From the NCBI GenBank assembly GCA_963665125.2, contig CAXXUK010000002.1, forward strand, positions 640,001-704,000: a stretch of 64,000 bases of DNA. Reading direction: 5' to 3'. Shown in pieces: positions 38,337-45,662 of the stretch. Below the pieces are notes generated by a model. The model was not told the origin of the DNA. It ran no database searches and saw only the letters and a list, made by a program, of their open reading frames with translations. The stretch is from an uncultured Desulfarculus sp. (GTDB lineage Bacteria; Desulfobacterota; Desulfarculia; Desulfarculales; Desulfarculaceae). The position numbers and the translations under genes are program-made. How positions within the stretch are numbered: the stretch's first letter is position 1; every line of letters starts with the position of its first letter.

Positions 38337-38618
38337 TTAAATGCCGAGCTTTGAATGGGAGCCCAGGCGCACCAACTGGAGCCGCGAGTCATCGGGCAGC
38401 CGGTAGATCAGCACCAGGTCGGGTTTGATGTGGCAGTCCCGATGGTCTTTCCGGTCCCCGGTCATGGCGTGGTCGCGGCAGGAATCGGGCAAGGGCTGGT
38501 CAGTAGCCAACGCACCGATCACAAGGCGAAAATCAGCATCCAGCGTGCTGCGGTGCTTGCCCATTTTCTCTCTTTTGTAGTCGGCTTTGAATCTGCTGGT
38601 GCGCTCAATCGTCCGCAT
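38337..38618 (-). CDS. yafQ: YafQ-family mRNA interferase toxin
   Basis: RDHAMTG...RDCHIKPDLVLIY...LVRLGSHSKL. Confidence 0.92.
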   Translation of the reverse strand: MRTIERTSRFKADYKREKMGKHRSTLDADFRLVIGALATDQPLPDSCRDHAMTGDRKDHRDCHIKPDLVLIYRLPDDSRLQLVRLGSHSKLGI

Positions 38619-38868
38619 TCAAATCCGCCATCAGATCATCAACACTGTCGAACGAATCGAGATTGCCCTGGCGGGCCTCCTTCATGGCTTCGATGGTTTC
38701 GGCATTTGGCACCAGGGGGCTGAACGGCAGTGCGTGCTCCAGGGCCACGCGCACCAGCATCATGCGCACGGCGTCTGATACGGTCAGGCCCATGGCCTTG
38801 AGCACCGCAGCGGCTTCGTTTTTTATGTCCTTGTCGATACGCGCCTGGACCAGAGCGTTTGTGGGCAT
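38605..38868 (-). CDS. dinJ: DinJ/RelB-family antitoxin
   Basis: VQARID..IKNEAAAVLKAMGLTVSDAVRM...LPF...PNAET. Confidence 0.92.
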   Translation of the reverse strand: MPTNALVQARIDKDIKNEAAAVLKAMGLTVSDAVRMMLVRVALEHALPFSPLVPNAETIEAMKEARQGNLDSFDSVDDLMADLNADD

Positions 38869-38879
38869 TTTCGCCTCCT

Positions 38880-38925
38880 ACATTACGTTGTATTACAAGT
38901 GTATTACACTTGGGCCGGATGTCAA
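38880..38925 (-). promoter_or_regulatory. Sigma70-type promoter and operator of dinJ-yafQ
   Basis: Minus strand TTGACA-17-TACACT, overlapped by repeated GTAATAC. Confidence 0.6.
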
Positions 38926-38927
38926 TC

Positions 38928-39137
38928 TTAAGCTGTGGTTTCAGAAGAGGCCGCGCACTCGCTTGCGGCGGTTTTGAGCATCCCGGCAAACTCGGTGAGC
39001 GTCTCGGGATCGGCCGCGAAAGTCAGGGTCATCAATTGGTCGGTGTCGCTGATCTCAACGCGCACGAAGGGTTCTTCCAGATAACGCTCGGTCTTGATGC
39101 GGAAGATTAAGCCTTCGGCCTCTAGGTTTCTTTCCAT
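38928..39137 (-). CDS. Hypothetical protein (69 aa)
   Basis: Short ORF, plausible composition, no recognisable motif. Confidence 0.45.
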   Translation of the reverse strand: MERNLEAEGLIFRIKTERYLEEPFVRVEISDTDQLMTLTFAADPETLTEFAGMLKTAASECAASSETTA

Positions 39138-39670
39138 TTTGATGGATTAAAAATAGACGTACACAAAGCGGGCAACCCGCCTGGGTTACCTTCGCGACGG
39201 ATAACATCGGAAGCAAGCGGGAAGCCCGCCCTGTGTCGATGTTATCCGGAGATTGACTCATGAATAAAGGTAACCGGTATCCATTAAAGCGGATGCGGAA
39301 AAACTGTCAAGGTGAAATGATGGGGCAAATTTATTTGGGCCGCTTCGCGTCCCTTTTTGTTTCCTACGATGGAGTAATGGGTCCCCACATCTTACCAGGT
39401 AAGGATTTGGCGGACTCAGAGTTTTTTTGGCGCGCTGCTTTGCATCGCGATAAAAAACTCCGCTCTGTCAAGCCGCGCTTCGCGGGCTGTGACAGCCGCC
39501 AATCCACCTGGCGTAGGGGGATTACACCCAGAAGCACGAGGTGCTTCTGGGCTTTTTAAATCTTTTACTGATCAACATGAAGAACAAAGACCCGCCAACG
39601 GAAAAGGCGAGCACAAGGCCCGCCTGATCCCAGACAAAACCATTTTAGCAAATATTCTTAACTCATCAAA

Positions 39671-40360
39671 ATGAAAGTATATTTACACCCAGAATCTCAA
39701 ATATTGGATTTGAAGCAATGCCCCGAAACCGGTCGCGGCATTTTAGTCATCGATGCTCACGATATCATTGATGGCAACAGCTATCCTACAGAGGTTAAAT
39801 GCGACTACGAGATCACCGAACGCGAATTGCTAGCAAATCTTGGGAGCCGCGAAGAGTGGAGTGATTATTATTCTCTTAGCGTATATAGCGACAGTGCAGG
39901 CAACCTCAGTTGCATCGATTTCGATGACCGATTCAAGCGCGGCTCAGGGGCCGTGCCGAAGATGATCGTGGGCGGCAAGCCGGGAGTGATGATCAAGGAT
40001 TTGGTGCGGCACATGAAGCGTAAAACCCATGCGGCGATGATCGGTGTGGAAAACGAAAAACCCGACATTGTCATGGGCTGCAAGGTTGATTTTGAAGCCC
40101 TCAAGCTGCTTGACTTCCGCAGGCTGTCCAAAGAGGTGCTGCGCGAAAACGGATTGTCCGAAATGACCGAATCCTCATTCAAGACGCTGTATCCACGCTT
40201 TCACAAGGTCTACAAGACCACCGTGGACGAGGTTTGGGCCGCCTTCCAGAGGAGCCTTCTGGTGGAGGAGAAAGAGAGGCTTTTACCGCCGAAGCCGGAG
40301 CCAAAGCCGGATAGCATGTGGTCTGAGTTCCGGCGCTTCCTGGGTTTCGGTCGAGTTTAG
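39671..40360 (+). CDS. Hypothetical protein
   Basis: 229-aa ORF followed by a terminator-like hairpin. Confidence 0.7.
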   Translation: MKVYLHPESQILDLKQCPETGRGILVIDAHDIIDGNSYPTEVKCDYEITERELLANLGSREEWSDYYSLSVYSDSAGNLSCIDFDDRFKRGSGAVPKMIVGGKPGVMIKDLVRHMKRKTHAAMIGVENEKPDIVMGCKVDFEALKLLDFRRLSKEVLRENGLSEMTESSFKTLYPRFHKVYKTTVDEVWAAFQRSLLVEEKERLLPPKPEPKPDSMWSEFRRFLGFGRV

Positions 40361-40418
40361 AATCTACCGCCTGCCCGGAGCGGCAATCCGGGCTTTTTAA
40401 ATCTTATTTCCCTATAAA

Positions 40419-41318
40419 ATGAACAACACTTATCAAGTCCGCGAGGTATACCCGGCCCAGGAATTGCGCCTGAATCGCAAAGACCGCCGCGACTGGAACC
40501 GCCGCGCAAACAGCATGTACAGCCGCAAGGCCATGCTGGAGCGTTTCACCGGCAACGGCGGCCTGCACTCCATCAAACGCACCGATTTCAAGAGCTTTGG
40601 CGCGTATTCCCGCGCCAAGCAGCGCCTGGAAAAGGGCCAGTTCTTCACGCCGTTGCCCCTGTGCCGGGCCGTGGTGGAGATGCTCGAGATCGAGCCCGGC
40701 TCCACAGTGGCCGACATCTGCTGCGGCAAGGGATCGTTTTTCAACTACCTGGACGGCTGCCGGACGCAGGGCGTTGAGGTGGACGCCACGGCGGCCAGGG
40801 TCGCCCGCAGGCTCTTCCCAAAAGCGGCCATCCAGTGGGCCGACATGCGCCGCATGAAGCCCCTGGAACCCTGCGACTACATCGTGGGCAATCCGCCGTA
40901 CAACCTGGAACTGAGTGCTCCAGGCCACCCTCTGGCCAACGCCCACGGCAAGGTCATCTCCCAGGCGCTGTACCTGGAAAAGTGCTTTGAATCGCTCAAA
41001 CCCGGCGGCCTGCTGGCCATGGTCGCCCCGCATTTCAAGCGGCCCTCACGCTACCTCAAGGCTGACTGGAACAAGCTGGCCGCCTATGTCCGAGAGCGCT
41101 TTGACACGATAGCCGTGGTGGAGCTTCCTCGCGACGCCTTCGAGCACCTCGGGGTGCGCGACTTCCCCACCAAGATCGTGGTCTACCGCAAGAAGGGCGG
41201 CGGCGCGCAGTGGAGCGGAGACGCCTTCAGGCACGCCTTTACAGACAACGCAGGGTTGCTGAAGGCATGGCGCGGCTCCCCGCAATACGCGCAGATGAAA
41301 GAGGCGAAGCGCGGATAA
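40419..41318 (+). CDS. Orphan N6-adenine DNA methyltransferase
   Basis: GQFFTP (motif X), DICCGKGSF (motif I), IVGNPPY (motif IV); no endonuclease recognised nearby. Confidence 0.88.
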   Translation: MNNTYQVREVYPAQELRLNRKDRRDWNRRANSMYSRKAMLERFTGNGGLHSIKRTDFKSFGAYSRAKQRLEKGQFFTPLPLCRAVVEMLEIEPGSTVADICCGKGSFFNYLDGCRTQGVEVDATAARVARRLFPKAAIQWADMRRMKPLEPCDYIVGNPPYNLELSAPGHPLANAHGKVISQALYLEKCFESLKPGGLLAMVAPHFKRPSRYLKADWNKLAAYVRERFDTIAVVELPRDAFEHLGVRDFPTKIVVYRKKGGGAQWSGDAFRHAFTDNAGLLKAWRGSPQYAQMKEAKRG

Positions 41319-41388
41319 GACCGCCCACCCCGGCCGGGAGGGTCAAATCCCGGCAATGTGCTATAATATTTACACTTTACAACTCAAA

Positions 41389-41772
41389 ATGATTACCAAA
41401 TTCCTGACCTCGCTTCCCGATGCGCTCAAAGACCGTTTGTTCCCCACCATCGCCACCAAAAAGGTGAATGGCAAACTCATGTTCGCCTTTCACAGGCCTG
41501 GTGGCGTTTGGCGCTTGTTCGATTCTTTCAGCAGCCTGCAAAAGTATTTGCGTGACGATGAAAAAACATGGTGCTTTGAGGCGGAGACCGAGGAAGAACT
41601 CGAAAGATACGAACCTCACGATTTTGCGCGGGAGGCGGCATGCGGCTGGCTTGCCTGGAACAGGCAACGTGAGGCCGCCGAAGACCTGCGCGATCCCAAG
41701 AACCTTGCCGATCTGCATTCCCTGAAAGAAGAAGCCAAGACCATCATCCGCCGGTTGGCCCGCGAGGCCTGA
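41389..41772 (+). CDS. Hypothetical protein
   Basis: ORF preceded by TGcTATAAT extended -10; likely ATG 41389. Confidence 0.6.
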   Translation: MITKFLTSLPDALKDRLFPTIATKKVNGKLMFAFHRPGGVWRLFDSFSSLQKYLRDDEKTWCFEAETEEELERYEPHDFAREAACGWLAWNRQREAAEDLRDPKNLADLHSLKEEAKTIIRRLAREA

Positions 41773-41803
41773 TACGTGATTTAAATATTATTAACCAGCC
41801 ACA

Positions 41804-42025
41804 ATGCTCACCGAAAAAGACTACCATCTCGATCCCGAGGAAATCTCCGAAAGCAAGGCTCGCGTTATGCTCAATGAATTCTATTTGGCGGCCAGGAACA
41901 ATCAAGACACGCGCGCCCGCGAAAAGGCCTTTGAATTTATAGAATATCTATCCGAAAACCAGCTTTTGGATGGAACGGAGGCCTTTGAAGCTGGTAGGAT
42001 ACTCCTAGAGTTACAGGAGGATTAA
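41804..42025 (+). CDS. Hypothetical acidic protein (73 aa)
   Basis: ORF ends 1 bp before the next gene. Confidence 0.55.
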   Translation: MLTEKDYHLDPEEISESKARVMLNEFYLAARNNQDTRAREKAFEFIEYLSENQLLDGTEAFEAGRILLELQED

Positions 42026-42026
42026 A

Positions 42027-42458
42027 ATGATTGATAGGCTCCCGGCTGATCTGAAAGTAGAAGAAAGAGACCTCATGCCCCCGGCGTTGTGGCGGCGCTT
42101 TAAGGAAGTCGGCCCCCAAACGCATCTCCTCGATCCGCTCGTGATCTGCCGCTATTATTCGCACTATGGTCGCTACAATTGGTTTGGGATAGAGTTTCAT
42201 CAATCAATTCATAATTTCTTCTGGGGCTTAACACTCTTCCCCAAATCATTTTCATGGGGTTGCTTTAATTTTGACAACCTTACTCGTTTTAAAGAGGTGC
42301 ACTACGAAGTGAGGCTCGACACCGATTTCGAAGAAGAACCGGTATCGGCAATTATGGGATACATGAACCTTGAAAATAAGGATTGTTCCGGAGCCCATAA
42401 CGCCCTCGCAACACGTCTGCGCCTGGCGGTCAAATATCTGGACGCAGTCGCTGTATAA
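42027..42458 (+). CDS. Diverged DUF2958-like protein
   Basis: RRFKEVGPQ...DPLVICRYY....NWFGIEF...WGCFNFD.L...LDTDF parallels the next gene. Confidence 0.65.
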   Translation: MIDRLPADLKVEERDLMPPALWRRFKEVGPQTHLLDPLVICRYYSHYGRYNWFGIEFHQSIHNFFWGLTLFPKSFSWGCFNFDNLTRFKEVHYEVRLDTDFEEEPVSAIMGYMNLENKDCSGAHNALATRLRLAVKYLDAVAV

Positions 42459-42626
42459 AGAAGCCCAACAATTACCGTTTCGCTAGGCCCGTCCTGTCTC
42501 GGGGCGGGCTTTTAATAAATTCATAATAAATTCAGCATATAAAGCGCCTTGACGGGAAATGCCCATCGGGTATTATGCCTCCCCTTGTCCAAACCGAAAC
42601 CCAAACAAAATCAAGAGGAGGCATTG

Positions 42627-42914
42627 ATGAAGCTCTTGACCCAGGCGCTTTTGCAGAGGTTTGCCCAAATCGGCCGCCAGGAGGAAGATCCCGATCCGCT
42701 GGTAATCTGCAAATTCTTTACGCCGGATTCCAACTGGACATGGTTCGCCACGGAGTACGATTCCGAAACGCGCAATTTCTTTGGCTATGTGATCGGCTTC
42801 GAGAAGGAATGGGGCTACTTCAATCTCGACGAGATGGAGAGCGTCCGGGGGCCGCTGGGCCTGCCCATTGAGCGCGATCTGTACTTCCCGGAGCGCCGCT
42901 TCAGCACACTCTAG
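42627..42914 (+). CDS. DUF2958-family protein
   Basis: KFFTPDSNWTW...EWGYFNLDEMESVRGPLGLPIERDLYF; GAGGAGG RBS. Confidence 0.88.
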   Translation: MKLLTQALLQRFAQIGRQEEDPDPLVICKFFTPDSNWTWFATEYDSETRNFFGYVIGFEKEWGYFNLDEMESVRGPLGLPIERDLYFPERRFSTL

Positions 42915-42998
42915 GAGAGACTGGGCCTCTAAGCCCCGCCGCCCGCCCGGAGCGGAAATCCGGGCTTTTTGAATGATTTATTCAAAAGGTGGGTAAAT

Positions 42999-43026
42999 TT
43001 GACATGATTTATCCATTTGCTAGAAT
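42999..43026 (+). promoter_or_regulatory. Sigma70-type promoter of the TA operon
   Basis: TTGACA-16-TAGAAT. Confidence 0.65.
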
Positions 43027-43069
43027 AAAGGAGGAAAAGAGGAAAATCGTCCATTTTTAACCCTACACC

Positions 43070-43369
43070 ATGAAGCGTCACATCTTTGATTCAGGGAGGA
43101 GCCTGGACATGACCCTGGCCATGATCAGGAAAAAAAACATCGTCACCATTCCCAAGGAGTTCCGGGATATTATCTCCGAGGGCAAGCAGGTGAAGTTCGT
43201 GCGCACCGAGCGCGGCCTGGAGATGATCCCCGTGCGGGCCATCCCGGAAAAGCTCAACGCCGAGACCCTCAAGGCGTTTGAGGAGGCCGAGGCCGGGATT
43301 GGCCTTTCTCGTTCCTTTGATAGCGTGGAGGATTTTCTCGCTGACTTGAAGAATCCAGACACTGAGTAA
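43070..43369 (+). CDS. AbrB/MazE-fold antitoxin with DinJ-like C-terminus
   Basis: KKNIVTIPKEFRD..SEG..VKF; C-terminal NAETLKAFEE...FDSVEDFLADL. Confidence 0.8.
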   Translation: MKRHIFDSGRSLDMTLAMIRKKNIVTIPKEFRDIISEGKQVKFVRTERGLEMIPVRAIPEKLNAETLKAFEEAEAGIGLSRSFDSVEDFLADLKNPDTE

Positions 43370-43629
43370 TGATGCAAGTCACTCGCAGAAAATCCTTTAA
43401 AAAAGCCTACCTCAAGCTCAACGACAGGCAGCGGCAGCGCGTGGACGAATCCATTGCGCTTTTCCTTCAAAATCCGGATCATCCATCACTGCGCCTGCAC
43501 GAACTGCAACCCAAGGGATGCGGCCGGTATTCGATAAACGTGGGTGGCGATCTGCGCTGCCTTTTCTTCATCGGCGAAGACAGCCTGGTATTCGTCGCCC
43601 TCGGCACCCACGCCCAGCTCTACGGCTAG
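43369..43629 (+). CDS. RelE/YafQ-superfamily toxin
   Basis: SFKKAYLKL...NPDHPSLRLHEL...YSINVGGDLR...LGTHAQLY; TAATG overlap with the antitoxin. Confidence 0.88.
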   Translation: MMQVTRRKSFKKAYLKLNDRQRQRVDESIALFLQNPDHPSLRLHELQPKGCGRYSINVGGDLRCLFFIGEDSLVFVALGTHAQLYG

Positions 43630-43869
43630 TTTTTTCTTCATCGTTAAAGCACCACTCCGGCCCCGACCAAGCAGGAGCATTTTCCGCCAGCGCCAGGGGT
43701 GAAATTTAATTTTCTTTTGGGCGGGGCGCTGATAACGGGGCCGCACCGGGGGCGGAAATCAGGTGGGGATTTAAGCTTTAGTTCAGCACCTGTACGTGGG
43801 TTGGTCTTGCCTTTAGGGCAGGTGTTTATTACCATGGTCGTAATGGCGAAAACCGGCCGCGCGGTGGTG

Positions 43870-43945
43870 AGAGCAAGATTGCGTTTCGGCACCGAAGTGG
43901 CCTCAACGCATCTTGCCAAAGGGCGCTCACGCCCCTTTGGAATCC
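43870..43945. other. Putative oriT (MOBP-type)
   Basis: Minus strand ttcggtgccgaa hairpin followed by acgcaATCTTG^C; nested inverted repeats; ccaaagggcg-ctca-cgccctttgg hairpin; just upstream of mobC. Confidence 0.65.
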
Positions 43946-43986
43946 CAACCCCGGCGGCGTTTGCAACCCCTAAAAGAGACCTCGGC

Positions 43987-44409
43987 ATGAACAACGAAGA
44001 CCAAACCACTCAAGACCGGATCGCGGCCAGCAAGGCGGCCTACGAGGCCAGGCGCATGCGCGTCTGGACAAGCTACAGCGATCCGGCCGAGTTCGCCGAG
44101 GTCAAGCGCGCCGCCAAAGCCGCAGGCCTTAAGCCGGGGGAGTATCTGCGCGCGGCTGAACGGGCATATCGCCAGCGCCGCTACATGGTGCCCGCTGACA
44201 TTCGTCAGCGCCTGGAGGCCCTAACCACGCTGCTGCGGAACATCGCCACCAGCCTGAACCAGGTGGCCCGCTTCACCAACACGCTACAAAAGAAACGCGG
44301 CTGGCTGGGCAAAAAGCCATTTGACTGGCGCGAGGCCGAGGCCCGCGTGCATGAACTGGAGCGCGAGGTCAAGGACTTCATCCGGCAGCCGCCCGAGGAA
44401 GGGCCATGA
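43987..44409 (+). CDS. mobC: MobC relaxosome accessory protein (RHH)
   Basis: EFAEVKRAAKAAGLKPGEYLR and LRNIATSLNQVARFTN; ATGA overlap with the relaxase. Confidence 0.85.
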   Translation: MNNEDQTTQDRIAASKAAYEARRMRVWTSYSDPAEFAEVKRAAKAAGLKPGEYLRAAERAYRQRRYMVPADIRQRLEALTTLLRNIATSLNQVARFTNTLQKKRGWLGKKPFDWREAEARVHELEREVKDFIRQPPEEGP

Positions 44410-45344
44410 TCATCAAGAGCATGAGCGCCAAGGCGGGCTCGGCCAATTTCGGGCGGCTCATCAATTACATGCTCAAGCCGGGCGCGCGGGAAAAACGGCC
44501 GGAGCAGTCGCTGATCAAACACAACATGCTCAGTCCGGAGAGCGACCCGGCAGCCATCACGGCGGAGTTCGAGCAGAACGCGTCGTATCGGCGGCGGCGG
44601 GCCAACGGCGTGGTGCTCTATCACGAGGTGATCAGCCCACACCCCAAGGATGGGCATCTGGTCAGCGACGAGCTTTTGGAGGACATCGGCCGGGTGTACA
44701 TGGCCATGCGCGCCGAGGAGGGCCTGGCCGTGGCGGCGATCCACCGCGACCTTGAGGACCAGGACCGGCCGCATCTGCACATCTGCATCTCGGGCAACAA
44801 GATCGAATCCGACAGGCAGCTTCGCCTGACGCGGCAGCGATTCCGCCAGGTGCAGCGTGAGATGGAAGAGTACCAGCGACAGCACTACCCGGAGCTGGTG
44901 CATTCCATTGTCTTTGACCAGGAGCGCGAACCCGAGTTGGACGGCCTGCGCCGGGATCACCTGCGCGAGGCCAAGCGCCGCCAAAACCGAGAGGTGCAGA
45001 TGGGCCGCCGCCTGCGCGAGCAGGGCAAGCTGTCGCGCAAGGAGCAGGTGCGCGCCCAGGTGGGGCAGTGCGTGGCCGCCGCCCGCGACGCGGACGAGCT
45101 AAAGCGCTTGCTGGCCAACCTGGGATTGGCCTATTATGAGCGGGGTAATTCCCCGGCCGTGATGGACATAAACACGGGTAAACGCTACCGTCTCAAGACC
45201 CTGGGCCTGGCCGATGACCTGGACGCTCGCCGCCGTCAGTGGCAGGCCGAGAAAGACCGCGAAGAGCGAGTGAAGGAACGCAAGGCTGAGTTGGAGCGGG
45301 TCAGGCGTGAGCGGGGTGATGGGGGCCGGGAACGTGGGCGGTGA
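44406..45344 (+). CDS. MOBP-family relaxase
   Basis: MIIK...LINYM (catalytic Tyr), YHEVISPHP, IHRD...PHLHICIS (3H/HUH motif). Confidence 0.9.
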   Translation: MIIKSMSAKAGSANFGRLINYMLKPGAREKRPEQSLIKHNMLSPESDPAAITAEFEQNASYRRRRANGVVLYHEVISPHPKDGHLVSDELLEDIGRVYMAMRAEEGLAVAAIHRDLEDQDRPHLHICISGNKIESDRQLRLTRQRFRQVQREMEEYQRQHYPELVHSIVFDQEREPELDGLRRDHLREAKRRQNREVQMGRRLREQGKLSRKEQVRAQVGQCVAAARDADELKRLLANLGLAYYERGNSPAVMDINTGKRYRLKTLGLADDLDARRRQWQAEKDREERVKERKAELERVRRERGDGGRERGR

Positions 45345-45662
45345 AGGCTGATTTAAGCTTGCTTAGCATAGGTTGAATTCACAAGAATCAACTTAAAGTG
45401 ATACTTGTACATGCTTTCCATGGTGAAAGCGGATACTGCGCTTTATAATTCTCCATTTGCTTTGGTTCGTGGCAAAAAACATAGCTGCCTTTGTATTTCA
45501 TAAGTGTTCAACTTTCCCCAGCCACAGTGGGACCGTCTTTTCAGCGCTGATCGTTGGTCGCTTACTTATAACCACTTGAGCGCCATAGCTCTAAAGTAAT
45601 ACACTAACGTACATCACAATCCCTTTGCTAAACGTTAGCAACAAATTTGTCTAGGGGGGAAC

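Noticed and set aside
32681..43629. Alternative genetic code (TGA=Gly) in the CPR-like genes
   Set aside because: The long ORFs read fully in the standard code with no in-frame TGA interruptions
43699..43986. N-terminal extension of mobC in the ORF track
   Set aside because: It overlaps the oriT inverted repeats; the MobC-like sequence begins at ATG 43987
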